Numbered from the whole stretch's first letter, positions 1 through 13,228 are shown. The stretch is 63,012 nt of DNA, filler included, from Octopus bimaculoides (GCF_001194135.2; 6 parts of 6 records of this genome joined end to end with filler, not necessarily neighbours in it), one strand, 5' to 3'. Made by a program: numbers and translations. Notes: a model not told the origin generated them from the letters alone.

Positions 1-1394
1 AAAACACTGGCCTCAGTCATTGTATTGGATTCCTTGCTGAATGTTGTCAATGGTGTCTGCTGGCTATTTAGTGATGTTTTTAACACAACTTGTTTTACTG
101 TAGTTCTGATTTAGGTGGTTAATCATGTGAACAGTTTTTGTGATTTGGTTCATAGTGGTGTTTCAAGTTTCGCTCTTTGTAATGACTAAGAGACATTTGG
201 CAGATAAGGCATAAAGGTTTACCTTCCTCAATGGTGAATGCAAATTCCCCCCGCTCACTCTGTTTTCATCTTCATATTTTTATTTCTTACAATTTGTTAC
301 ATTCTACCTTCACAGATTTTTCACCAATACTTGTAAATAAAAATTGTATCCAATGGCTACCAACTAGTTATCTACAGTTGAATGGCTTATATTAAATTGC
401 ATTAATATATGTGACAAGTTGGGGCGAGACTCATAAAACCATCTGTGGCAACTCTCAATGTCCCCACCACCTCCAAATGTTTGATCCTATTTATTTACAA
501 ACTTGATCTTCTGATATTCTGTAACCCTTGCTAATCTTGAATTTTTTACCCCACTCGGATCTAGCATTATTGGTTTACAATTGTTTCTGTTGCTCATTGC
601 TATATTAAGGGAGGGGAAATTCATCATGTAGTAATATAATACATAAATATTGAGTTAATAAATGGTATATCATTCTAAGCCTTATAAAGAGAAATGTACC
701 AAGTAATGAAAGATAAAGAAGAGACATCAAATAGATTTTTCCTATTTGTTGTCACTTTGAAGTATGTGTGAAGCATGGTAGCGTGTTTCGAAAGAATTGA
801 AAATAATATTCCACATACAAATGACATATCCTTATATATTTTCTATACATCTCCCTTGTTGCAAGTTGAGTGGGAAACTTGATGAGGAAGTCTGAGTACA
901 GAACTAAAATAGAAGGGGCAGAAAATAAAAAATTTATTACAAGTTTATATTTGGGTTTATTTGAAATAGGGAATGTTGTTTCCCCTTCTGGCAGAATTAA
1001 GAGCCATTCTCACAGTACTACATTGCTTGTATAAATTCTTACCAAGTGAATAATTATAAGCCTCCACTATTAATTAGTCTATTGAAGTCTTCTGAGCTAT
1101 AAAAGTATTCATTACACAAATGTTGTTAATAATAACTATTCCTGTACAACTGCTACATTTGATATCAACCTTCTCAACCAGCTGCCTGTGACCCCTATAT
1201 ACATATTTTGCAGCTAAAGCCCTTTTTGTACACACCATGTAGAATTGATACCTGCTCCTTTATTTATTGCGAATGAACTCTCCATAATGGCAGCAACGTC
1301 TTGTCTTCTTTTCTGCTAACTAAAACTTTAGTGTTTGCTAGATTTTACTTTAATACCTCTCATAATATAAGGATTGTTTGGAATTTCTTGTCTA

Positions 1395-1765
1395 AGGTGC
1401 AGGCATGGCTATGTGGTAAGAAGCTTGCTTCCAAATAATATGGTTCCGAGTTCAGTCCCACAGCGTGGCATTTTGGGCAAGTGTCTTCTACTATAGTCTC
1501 GGGCTGGAAAAGCCTTGTGAGTGGATTTGGTAGATGGAAACTGAAAGAAGCCCATCATATGTGTGTGTGTGTGTGTTTGTTTATCCCCCATCACCGCTTA
1601 ACAACTGGTGTTACTGTGTTTACATCCCCATAACTTAGCAGTTTGGCAAAAAAGACTGATAGAATAAGTACTAAGCTTAAAAAATAAGTCCTTGTTTGAC
1701 TAAAACCCTTCAAGGCAGTGCTCCAGCATGGCTGCAGTCAGATGACTGAAATAAGTAAAAAAACA
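1395..1765 (+). mobile_element. SINE family 1 (tRNA-like head, internal TA/TG microsatellite), near full length
   Basis: Head ggcatggctatgtggtaagaagcttgc...ccgagttcagtccc (A/B-box-like), body, tail gtgctccagcatggctgcagtcagatgactgaaataagtaaaa; more than 12 related copies in window. Confidence 0.85.
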
Positions 1766-1967
1766 AAAGAATAGATCTTTGTGAGAACCAAAAATAACTG
1801 AATCTGTCAGCTGGATTTTGAACTTCTCTGTTAAAGCCTAGAGAACTACAGTAAACAAGCAATAGCTGAAGACTAAGTCTTGATGAACTCCTACCTACAT
1901 AGTAAATTCTTCTTTGAACTCACTGTCAACTCTTACCTTACCAACAACATTTCTGTACATAGTTTGC

Positions 1968-2325
1968 ACAACCACATGGTTCCAGGCTCAGTCCCACTGC
2001 GTGGCACCTTTGGCAAGTGTCTTCAACTATAGCCTCAGGCCAACCAAAGTCTTGTGAGTGTATTTGGTTGACAGAAACTCAAAGAAGCCCATCGTATATG
2101 TGTGTATATATGTATATATGTGTGTGTGTCTGTGTTTGTCTCTCTAGCATTGCTTGACAACTGATGCTGGTGTGTTTAAGTTCCCGTAACTTAGCGGTTC
2201 GGCAAAAAGAGTCTGATAGAATAAGTACTAGGCTTACAAAGAATAAGTCCTGGGGTCGATTTGCTCAACTAAAGGCAGTGCTCCAGCATGGCCACAGTCA
2301 AATGACTGAAACAAGTAAAAGAGTA
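1968..2325 (+). mobile_element. SINE family 1 copy, 5'-truncated
   Basis: Colinear with 1395-1765 through to the gtaaaagag tail. Confidence 0.85.
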
Positions 2326-3244
2326 ACTCCCATATGCCATTCATCTACACTTAGCTTTCTAAGTGTTCACCTCTCAAAGGCCTTCTTTAACAGATTTTTA
2401 TATATAATGATTCACTCTTAGCTAGGAACTTCTACAGCTGTGACACTAGAAAAATGGCATCAGTGGTACCTTGCTTTAATGTCCAAGATAATCCTTTTCC
2501 TCCTCAGTTGTGCTATAACTCTGTTACTTCAATAACTTGATCCATCAGTCTGGTGCATCTCCTTCATTCCTGAAGTTGAGTTTTGGTTATGACCCACTCT
2601 CCACCACCACTGCTACATATGACTAGTTCCGTATATACTTTCCTAGATATTTTCAGCATCTTTGTTTCCAATGGACGGTTGCTGTCTCTGTGTCCCTAGT
2701 AATGCTTTTTCACTGCACAGCTGCCAACTTCAGTTGCTACTCCCTCTGTTGGGTCTAGTTGAGGTCAAACTGTTCAACTCATGCCAGTATGGACAACAGA
2801 CATTAAATGGTGATGATGATTACTTTACTTGGAAACAAGTAAGGGTTGGTGACAGGAAGGGCATCCAGCCATAGAAACAAAGCCTGTCTGTTCCATGCAA
2901 GCATTGGAAAAGTGGATGTTAAATGATGACGATGATTTCACCATGCTTGCACATATAGGCAGATCCTCCCCATCATTATATGTCACCAATCATCAAGGAT
3001 TCCTCCTGTCTCCCCTTTGAGGCTTAACACCCCAATATCATTCTCCATCATTTCATCCCATGACTCTCTGGACCCCTCTTTTCCTAGGGTTCCAACCATT
3101 TTGGGGACATCCTACATATCTTTACCCAACTAACAACCTCTACTCACATCACATGCCCATATTAACATAGCCTTCTCTCTTGCACTACACCTGATTCCCC
3201 TTAGGCCTAGTTTTTTTTCTTTCAGTTCATTCATACTCTGTCAT

Positions 3245-3874
3245 TTAACCCATTAGCATTTAAACTGGTCATATCCAGCTCAAATATTCTGTTTTATATT
3301 GAAACTAGCCAGATCCGGCCTCTCACACCTATCCTACAATGTCATTCTAAAACTAAACAGTTACATCATTAAAATCTCAAAACTGAGATAATGCTTCATT
3401 AATTCAAAACAATGTGAATAAATAAGTATTACATTTGAGAGCAGAGTAATCTGAATGCTGAAGTGTTAAGCCAGCCATAATTAGCCCAAATATTATACCT
3501 TTTTTATGTTCAAACTGGTTAGAATCAGCTCCTCACACCTACCCCACAGTGTCATTTTTAAAATAAGCAATCACATCATTGAAATTTTGAAGCTTTGAGA
3601 TAATACACAATTAATTGAATATATGATTAATTGAAAACAATGGTAATACATGATTAATTCAAAACAATGTGAATATATAAACATTACATTTGATAAAGTA
3701 ATCTGAATGCTAAAGGGTTAAACTAGCTAAATCCAGCTTAAATATTCTACCCTTTTTATGTTAAAACTGGTCAGATGTAGCTTCTCACACTTACCCTACA
3801 ATGCCATTCTAAAACTAAACAATCAATAAATAAGCATTACATTTGACATAATGATCTAACTGCCATAAGGTTAA
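3245..3874. mobile_element. Three head-to-tail units of a TTAA-flanked piggyBac-type MITE
   Basis: Starts TTAAcccattagcatt; units end gtgTTAA (3469), aagggTTAA (3721), aaggTTAA (3874); same element in reverse at 21793-22471. Confidence 0.7.
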
Positions 3875-5162
3875 GCACACTAACATTACACATCCAGTGA
3901 AGCATGCTAGTTTCATTCTTTCTGATTTTCACAAGTCCCCTACATTCAGTGCCTACATTTTGCTTCCATGCAACATTACATACACAAGTATTATACAGTC
4001 TCCTCTTCAAGAGATCCCTTTGTTACCAGCAGTTAATAGCTCCTTAAATTTCCTCTAGCCTGTTCTTGTTCTGACTGCTATACTGAACATCCACTACTAA
4101 TGAAGGCAGTTAGGTTACCAGAAGCTATCAGCAACATCTAGGGAACCAGTTCCTATTGCTTACTATTTCTGTACATCTTTTCTTGTTTGCTTGCCTTTGA
4201 TTCTGTTAGACATCTTGTGTTTCCATAGTTTATACTGGGTAGACTAAGCAGAATTTCTACCCACTTCTTTTCTGCATATTGAGCAAGGCCATTTCTCTAA
4301 TAGTAGCAGGATCCTGTCTTTTATATAGTAAGATTATGTATGGGTGAAAGTTGCATGGGTAAGGACTCATGAAATAGAAAAAGGTTAGGCATTCTGCTGA
4401 ATTAGGAATTTAAAATATGAAGATGATCTCATAAGGATTTATAAACTTTTGAGAGGACATGCAATAAATTTCTTTTTGGAATTGGATCTCAAAGTACATT
4501 TAAACCCATAAATCAGGGGTTGGCAAAGTGGTCAATACTGACCCCTAGGCAGTTTCTGGCTCTCCAAGGTGTTGTTATTCCAACTATATCAATATAATAT
4601 GATCGCACTTTTATTGTTCTTTTTCAATTTCATTAAATATTTTCATTAGATTTTAAAAAATATTTCTTATAAAAAGGCAGTAACGACACAAAAGAACAAA
4701 GGAACAATTGTTTTTAAATCAAGATAATTCTCATTAATTATACTTTTGATTTTTATTTTAAAATTTACATGCTTGGTTTGGGGGCGATAACTTACCAATG
4801 ATTCTATGAAAGGGTCTAGCTTGTAAATATTGGCTTGAAAAACCCTTATTTCAACTTTTTATATCCAAAAGGGTTTTTCAACCATTACTTGTAGCTTTAT
4901 GTGTGTGCGTCAGGGTCCATTTCCAAAAAAAAATGTAGACAATTGTTACCATTTCTGACTATAGACAGAATTTAGCTGCTAGGTTGGAAATGGAACCTGT
5001 CTATATTGTAGACCAATTCTACTGTTCGACAAACATGGGTTTCAGTGTTAGCAAGCAGAACATCATCAGTTTTTACTGAACTTCCTTGTATTTGAGTTGC
5101 TAAATTGATAAAATAAATGTAAATGTATTTTAATTTTCCTTCTCCTTTTCTTTCCTAAACAG

Positions 5163-5285
5163 GTTCGGAGAATTCAAATGATCGATTTTCTGGAGTCATT
5201 AAAAAAGATCCGAAGGAGTGTACCACCTGAGAGTCTTGAAAAATACGACAAATGGAACCAACACTATGGAGATATTACAACATAA
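5163..5285 (+). CDS. SPAST: Terminal coding exon of spastin (AAA ATPase C-terminus); upstream exons not found in window
   Basis: Polypyrimidine acceptor ttttcctaaacAG ends at 5162, then phase-0 [40 protein letters not shown] (TAA 5283-5285). Closely resembles the human spastin C-terminus [40 protein letters not shown], with the intron at the equivalent position as I recall it. Confidence 0.9.
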   Translation, partial: VRRIQMIDFLESLKKIRRSVPPESLEKYDKWNQHYGDITT

Positions 5286-5441
5286 TAATAACAATAATAA
5301 TAATGATAACTAATAATAATAATATGTTAATGCTGTGTGTTTTAAGTGGAAATCTTTCTTTACTTTGCCAGAACTTTTTGGCTAAACATTAATTTTGCCC
5401 AACAATTAAAACACTCTGGACACTGCCTGTTGATATCAAGT

Positions 5442-5473
<32 letters not shown>

Positions 5474-6951
5474 CATACATATGTATGTGTGTGTATATAT
5501 ACATATATATACACATGTATGTATGTGTATGTATACGTGTATATTATATGTGTGTATGTATGTATGTATATATATATATATATATATACATACATACACA
5601 TGTATGTATGTATGTGTGCAATATATATATATATATAATATATACATACACATACATGTCTGCAAACACTCATACACTAATATATCTTCTCTATTGGATG
5701 AACAAGTATATTTATTTGCATATGGTTGTATATCAAAAAACATTGTTTTGACATGTACATATTTCGGCATTTAGTATACTGCATATGTATGTGTGTATGT
5801 ATGTATGTACGTATGTGTAAAAATAATTATATTAACTGATTAATAATTAGACCTCTAAGGAGGTGCATTAAAAAAAAGCATGTTTGTGTGCATGCGTATG
5901 CATGTGTGTATATCTTATACAGTCGGCGTCAAAGATTGTCTGAAGAGTAAATGCCACGCATTGCAATTATATTGTTTAAATGGATTTCTGTTTGATGGTT
6001 AGATGAGTGACAAAATGGTTAGTGTATGTAGAATTATGGAGAGTTTATGGACCAATTATATATGCAAACACTGTTTTCATTGCAATAATCTAAATGGTTA
6101 AAACTTGGTTAAAAGTCACCGGGTACCTTTTTCATGTTTGTCTCCTTCTGAGACAAGAGAAAGGAAATCTAACGACAGTCTTTTTATTTTGTATAGTTTT
6201 CTTTTTCAAGTTCATTTCCTTCCCGCCTTTTTTTAAATTTATTTTTAAAATTTTCTAAAATTTTTTGATTAAAAAATTTTTTTTTCAGTTCTGGACAACT
6301 AGTCCTAATGTAAATACTTTTGTTATCTTTTGTTTTTAAACTGTTTCCCCCTACCCTCCACCACAAATTCTTGTTTCTGAAACCGATGTTGCTGTTACAG
6401 CTGTTATCTAAGCACCAGGCAAAAACTTTTATTTTCTGGGAGAAAACAAAAACAAAAAAAAAAATAAAAGAAAAAAATAAATAAAAGAAAATTTTAAAAA
6501 AAAGGAGTAAAAGAAGAAACCTCAACAGAAACTAAGAGACAAACAAACAGTCACCAATGATTTAAATGTGGTAAAAAAATTTCTTTGGGGTAGGAGAAAA
6601 AAAAAGGAAAACAAATGCTTTCTTGTATTTTACAGTTGTTCTCGGTGGTGCAAGAATGTTATTTTGGCCTTTATTAATTTTTCTTTGAGTGTGTTGTGTG
6701 TGTGTGTGTGGGTGTGTGTGTATAGGTATGTTGATGCAAGTAGGAAAAATAGAACTAAAAACATGAGTATGTGTGTATGTATATATATTTATTAATATTT
6801 AGCAGAAGTAACAGAGTGACTCAAGGTCCAAGAGCTTTGTATGTCGGTACTTACCAAAAATTAAAAAAAAAATATTTCATTTATTTGATAAGTGGCAGTT
6901 TACAAACTCTCAGACCGTGAGTCACACTGTTACTTCTGCTAAATATTAATA

Positions 6952-7002
<51 letters not shown>

Positions 7003-7266
7003 TGCACACAAAGTATGTTGTGTGTGTGAGTATGTGTGTGCATGTGTATGTATGTTGATGCAGTATGCCATGTTCACGTTTGCAGTATGAATTTGCTGGT
7101 GTTTGTGCACATATATATTGTATATATGTATGCATGTAGTATGTTGTGTGTGTGTGTGTGTATGAGATGTGTTAAACTTCAAGTCATCCCTGATGAAGCA
7201 GACCAATGATAAAGACATTCCAGCTGTGACCATTCCACCTTTGTAAAGGTAACTAGGACTAAACCA

Positions 7267-7332
7267 TCAAAGGATGTGATTTGGAGGAGATTTGGCTGTT
7301 TTTTTCTCTGGTGTAATTTGAGGGAGCTTTGG
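7267..7332 (-). CDS. Candidate terminal exon of the same unidentified gene
   Basis: Minus strand ctttctttatcgttgaaccaaaacAG|PKLPQITPEKKTAKSPPNHIL*; phase 0, compatible with 12211-12236; unique sequence among microsatellites. Confidence 0.22.
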   Translation of the reverse strand, partial: PKLPQITPEKKTAKSPPNHIL

Positions 7333-8063
7333 CTGTTTTGGTTCAACGATAAAGAAAGTGGACTGTCTTGTTGTATACAATGTGTCGTATGTTGCATGTA
7401 TATAGGTGTGTGTGTGTATATATGTGTGTGTGTGTATATATGTACATGTGTGAATATGTATGCATGCAATTATGTGTGTTTGTATGTATATATGTATGCC
7501 TGTATTTATGAGTGAGTACACATGGATGCATATATGTATGTGTTTCTGTGTATGTAGAAGTATATGTTTGTATGTATGTATGCATGTATGCAAATTAAGT
7601 ATCTCATATTGCATATCAATATTTTCTCCTTTTGAAAGGAAAATATGACGAGTTTGTAATTTATGATCCACAAAAATAGGTCAGCAATTAAAATATGTCA
7701 AAAGTGATTAATATACTAATGAGTTATGTTTCACTGTATTAATTAATGTGCTAATGAGTTATGTTTCACTATGTTAATTCTAATATAAGCAACACTGACA
7801 AGTTAACATTGTTTAGCAATAAATGGCTGTTGTCTTTTGATTCGCTTGGAAAACATTTTATAAATTGTTCACATTTTTTTAAAAATGTACATTAATTGAA
7901 ACAATAATTGTTTTCTGGTGTAGTAATTAGTAACACTGGAGACACACAAATATATAAATATAATGCATACGCACATAATTATATATATACTCATATATTC
8001 ATACATACATACGTACGTACGTATGTACATACATACATACATACATAAGGTAATTGTGTGTGA

Positions 8064-8097
<34 letters not shown>

Positions 8098-8804
8098 NNN
8101 NNNNNNNNNNNNNNNNNNNNNNNNNNNNNNNNNNNNNNNNNNNNNNNNNNNNNNNNNNNNNNNNNNNNNNNNNNNNNNNNNNNNNNNNNNNNNNNNNNNN
8201 NNNNNNNNNNNNNNNNNNNNNNNNNNNNNNNNNNNNNNNNNNNNNNNNNNNNNNNNNNNNNNNNNNNNNNNNNNNNNNNNNNNNNNNNNNNNNNNNNNNN
8301 NNNNNNNNNNNNNNNNNNNNNNNNNNNNNNNNNNNNNNNNNNNNNNNNNNNNNNNNNNNNNNNNNNNNNNNNNNNNNNNNNNNNNNNNNNNNNNNNNNNN
8401 NNNNNNNNNNNNNNNNNNNNNNNNNNNNNNNNNNNNNNNNNNNNNNNNNNNNNNNNNNNNNNNNNNNNNNNNNNNNNNNNNNNNNNNNNNNNNNNNNNNN
8501 NNNNNNNNNNNNNNNNNNNNNNNNNNNNNNNNNNNNNNNNNNNNNNNNNNNNNNNNNNNNNNNNNNNNNNNNNNNNNNNNNNNNNNNNNNNNNNNNNNNN
8601 NNNNNNNNNNNNNNNNNNNNNNNNNNNNNNNNNNNNNNNNNNNNNNNNNNNNNNNNNNNNTATATCGAATGTTGTTTTAAAATTAGAAAAATATATGAGA
8701 AAGTATTTTTGTAACCCAGTAAATTTTAATCTATTTTTCAAAAATACTTTCTCATATATTTTTCTAATTTTAAAACAACATTCGATATATTCGATATATT
8801 CTCC

Positions 8805-8894
8805 ATCTCTGACGAGCGGAAGTATTATCTATCAATGTGTATCAACAAGGGATTCCATTATAATGACAATACTTTCGTGAAACGATTGTAAGAT
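8805..8894 (+). ncRNA. Minimal type-I hammerhead ribozyme motif with intact core
   Basis: Stem I ATCT/AGAT; CTGACGA (8809-8815); 11-bp stem II GCGGAAGTATT/AATACTTTCGT; GAAA (8879-8882); stem III AC-gatt-GT; site GUA (8888-8890). Confidence 0.7.
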
Positions 8895-9129
8895 CTATTA
8901 ACAAATTTTTAAACTGTCATGTTTCATATATTTACATATATTTTTAATACAATACTATTTTAGACATATCTTCGTGAGAAATTGTTTTGAGATTGAATTA
9001 CATGCTATTATTTCAAAATACATTTATATGTGTGCATATAAATGCATGTGTATTTATATATCTATATACATGTATGTATATAATTGCATGTGTGTGTGTG
9101 TGTGTCTCACACTCAAGTTTCAGTTGCTA

Positions 9130-9285
9130 TTTCAAGGTTCTCATATCATGTACCTCGAGGCAACTCTGAGTAGTTACAGTGTGACAACTTCAGCTGTCAA
9201 TAAATGAATACATCCTTGAACTTCTATTGAATATTTTTCTGCACATTTGTGCAACCAAATATATATACATGTGTGTGCATGTATG

Positions 9286-9330
<45 letters not shown>

Positions 9331-9598
9331 AAATACACATACACATACCCGTTTCCTTTCTTGTGTTTGATGGAATTGTATCAAAGACTAATACTTAGAT
9401 TTCATTCTTTAGTCCATATGATTCCCAAACATCTATTACGTCTTCAGTCTGACATTCTCCAGTGGAATTCATACAAGGAGGTATTCCCAGCAATGTGTCT
9501 TCTCCTTTACAATATACACTTACAACTTTGTGACCTTTTGTCAGTTTCTTGCCTTTGGTGTATTCTTTCACTATTTTTCCATCAAAGTGAAGTATCAT
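9130..9598 (-). pseudogene. Decayed DNA-transposase fragment interrupted by a microsatellite
   Basis: LHFDGKIV...LLGIP...STGECQ...ESYGLKNEI*VLVFDTIPSNT, then GCIHLL...LLRVASRYMI*E; matches the LHWDGK...FDTTxSNTG...GAC...LACRHH motif order I recognise from invertebrate DDE-type transposases. Superfamily not assigned. Confidence 0.7.
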
Positions 9599-9859
9599 GT
9601 TTGATCTCTGCTTACTTTTGATTGTGTGTGTGTGAATGTGTGCGCGTATACAGATATATTTGTATGTATTTTTAAGAAAACTTCATTTGACCTTAGAATA
9701 CTTATACATTATGAAATATGGTGTCACAAAAATACAGGCGTTTAATCTTCAGAATGTCGTCATTTTCTAGAAATGGAGATACTTTTTTTGTTTATTTTCC
9801 TTATTTCTTCCCCCTTTTATAAGAGACATCTACATAATAGAACCAGTGCTGCTGCTGCA

Positions 9860-9893
<34 letters not shown>

Positions 9894-10024
9894 ACAATAA
9901 TGACACTAATGATAAGAATAATAAGTAGGAAAAGAAAATTAATTGCAACAACGATCATATTTGTGACAATGACACCCCCTCTCAACTTTGTTTGAGTTAA
10001 TGACTCGTGAGATTTATTATTATC

Positions 10025-10057
<33 letters not shown>

Positions 10058-10334
10058 GCATGATACATCCTATGCTTCTTGAAAGATGTGAAGCACTTTT
10101 TAAAATTTTTTGACCGTACTGATTTTCACTGGGAAAATGTACATTTCGAGCTTCTTGTTCCTCTTTCAGTATGTGTACGTACGTACGTACATACATACAA
10201 GCATCTATACATGCGTCTATACATACAGACACACATACATGTGTAAGTGGCTGTGTGTTAAGTTTGCTTCCTAATTGCATGGTTCTAGATTCAATCCCTC
10301 TGCATAACAACTTGGGCAAGTATCTTCTTATATA

Positions 10335-10381
<47 letters not shown>

Positions 10382-10537
10382 CATCATCATTTATATATAT
10401 ATTATATATAATGTGTAGGAAAATGTGTGAGATCCTTGATACAGTTGGGTATATTTGAAAAAAGAAAAAGAATGATTTCACTGGTAGTTCTAATCAGTTT
10501 AATTTATTATTTTTTAATTTTTTAATAATATAAATTA

Positions 10538-10666
10538 AACCACATGGTCCTGGGTTCAGTCCCACTGCGTAGCATCTTAAGCAAGTGTCTTTTACTATAT
10601 CCTCAGGCCGACCAAAGCCTTATGAGTGGATTTGGTTGACGGAAACTGAAAGAAGCCCATTGTATG

Positions 10667-10701
<35 letters not shown>

Positions 10702-10813
10702 TTGTGTGTCTGCGTTAGTCTCCCCATCATCGCTTGACAACTGATGTTGGTGTGTTTATGTCCCCATAACTTAGTGGTTTGGCAAAAGTAACCAATAGAA
10801 TAAGTACTAGGCT
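10538..10813 (+). mobile_element. SINE family 1 copy running into a gap
   Basis: ccacatggtcctgggttcagtcccactgcg...aagtactaggct. Confidence 0.8.
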
Positions 10814-11597
10814 NNNNNNNNNNNNNNNNNNNNNNNNNNNNNNNNNNNNNNNNNNNNNNNNNNNNNNNNNNNNNNNNNNNNNNNNNNNNNNNNNNNNNNN
10901 NNNNNNNNNNNNNNNNNNNNNNNNNNNNNNNNNNNNNNNNNNNNNNNNNNNNNNNNNNNNNNNNNNNNNNNNNNNNNNNNNNNNNNNNNNNNNNNNNNNN
11001 NNNNNNNNNNNNNNNNNNNNNNNNNNNNNNNNNNNNNNNNNNNNNNNNNNNNNNNNNNNNNNNNNNNNNNNNNNNNNNNNNNNNNNNNNNNNNNNNNNNN
11101 NNNNNNNNNNNNNNNNNNNNNNNNNNNNNNNNNNNNNNNNNNNNNNNNNNNNNNNNNNNNNNNNNNNNNNNNNNNNNNNNNNNNNNNNNNNNNNNNNNNN
11201 NNNNNNNNNNNNNNNNNNNNNNNNNNNNNNNNNNNNNNNNNNNNNNNNNNNNNNNNNNNNNNNNNNNNNNNNNNNNNNNNNNNNNNNNNNNNNNNNNNNN
11301 NNNNNNNNNNNNNNNNNNNNNNNNNNNNNNNNNNNNNNNNNNNNNNNNNNNNNNNNNNNNNNNNNNNNNNNNNNNNNNNNNNNNNNNNNNNNNNNNNNNN
11401 NNNNNNNNNNNNNNNNNNNNNNNNNNNNNNNNNNNNNNNNNNNNNNNNNNNNNNNNNNNNNNNNNNNNNNNNNNNNNNNNNNNNNNNNNNNNNNNNNNNN
11501 NNNNNNNNNNNNNNNNNNNNNNNNNNNNNNNNNNNNNNNNNNNNNNNNNNNNNNNNNNNNNNNNNNNNNNNNNNNNNNNNNNNNNNNNNNNNNNNNN

Positions 11598-11702
<105 letters not shown>

Positions 11703-12210
11703 TTGTGTATCCATTTGCTTTAACATCTTTCCAAGATGTCTTGGGTTGGATCATTATTGTGATTGCTACATACATTGACACATTCTTTTACAGCCGGATG
11801 CCCTTCATGTAGGTAATCCTTACCTGTTTTTTCAAGTAAGGGATATCTTTTTCCTTGCATCTTTTGAAGGCGAAAACCCAGCAGATAACCCATTGACAGG
11901 GGAAACGACAGTTAACTACTGTCTGTAGTTATGCAGACACAAAGACGTGTGCCAGCATAACTACTGTCTGTAGTTATGCAGACACAAAGACGTGTGCCAG
12001 TGCACACCTACATAACTTGAAACCATGCAGTTAAGAAGCAAACTTCTTAACCACACACAGTCATGGTAAATATGTATATACGTGTGTATGTATAAATATG
12101 TGTTTATACAAATATAAATGTGTGTATGTATGAATATATATATATGTGTATATATATATATATAAGGTGAAAAGGAGTAAACAGTTATTTTATGAACTTC
12201 ATCAACTTAC

Positions 12211-12236
12211 AGCTGTTACTGCTACAAGATTAGTAC
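12211..12236 (-). CDS. Candidate 26-nt micro-exon of an unidentified minus-strand gene
   Basis: Minus strand tgtgttattcAG|GTACTAATCTTGTAGCAGTAACAGCT|GTAAGT; consensus donor, one open frame ((x)TNLVAVTA, phase 1 to 0). No homology recognised. Confidence 0.3.
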
Positions 12237-12906
12237 CTGAATAACACATAGAGTCCTGAATATGTCTTATATATATATATATATATAAATTCAAATACGT
12301 TATCATTATCTTTAAAAAATAATAATAAAGTGGCCAGCAAACATAATCCGCATATGTAAAATATATATTAAAAATCAGTGTACAATATGTACAATTTGCT
12401 TGAAAGAAGAATAAAGCTCTCCAAAACCATGTTTTATTCTTCATTCAAGCAAATGGGTACATATTGTACCCTGACTTTTAATGTATATCATGATTATACT
12501 AAAACTCTAGGGATGTTTGTGTGTAACTGAAATATCTCAGAAATAGTATATTTTATCTTAATTTTTTGTACTGCAGTGCAGTACAAATTTTTGTGACATT
12601 TGGACCGCTATTTAAATGATTAAACACAACTTTTATTATTTCTTGATGAAAAAATACATGGCTTCTATGACATCAACACTCATACAGAATACACACACAT
12701 ATAATGAATGTCATGGCGTGTCAATCAACACAAACACATGTTCGCTATCTGTGACATATACGCAAACATAGTCTTTGCGTTCTTTAAGAACAAAAATGTT
12801 GACTTTTTGACGTACGCAGTATTTTAATCATTTAAAAATATTTTTTAACTGAATGTGATTTCATCATCTGGAGTTCGTTAATTTCTGTAAAAATTTTTTT
12901 ATTTAT

Positions 12907-13228
12907 TTACCTTTGTTTTAAAGTGAAAGAGAGGAAGAAGTAAAAGATGTATGTACGTGTATATGAAATAGACTTGTGAAAGAGAGAGAAAAAGAGCCAG
13001 AGTGAGTGAAGGAGTATATCGTCCTGTATATGTACATACATCAATACATATGCGTACATCTTTTTTGTACGTAAGTATGCATGTGTGTGTGTGAGAGAAA
13101 GAGGGTGTGTGAGTGAGTGATCGTGTTTGTTCTCATGTATGTGTAAGTGGCACACACACACGTCCATTTCATATACATGTTCATACATCTTTCACTTTGC
13201 CCTCTCTTTCACTTTAAAACAAAAGTAA
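12907..13228. mobile_element. Foldback/MITE-like element with about 65-bp terminal inverted repeats
   Basis: 12909-12973 acctttgttttaaagtgaaagagagg...atatgaaatagac pairs with 13162-13226. Confidence 0.55.

Noticed and set aside
981-1045. Possible penultimate spastin exon after ttctggcAG
   Set aside because: Only EL matches the expected ELKPEQVK-like peptide, and length and phase do not fit.
4514-4850. hAT-like element starting caggggttggcaaa
   Set aside because: Right terminus too degraded to confirm.
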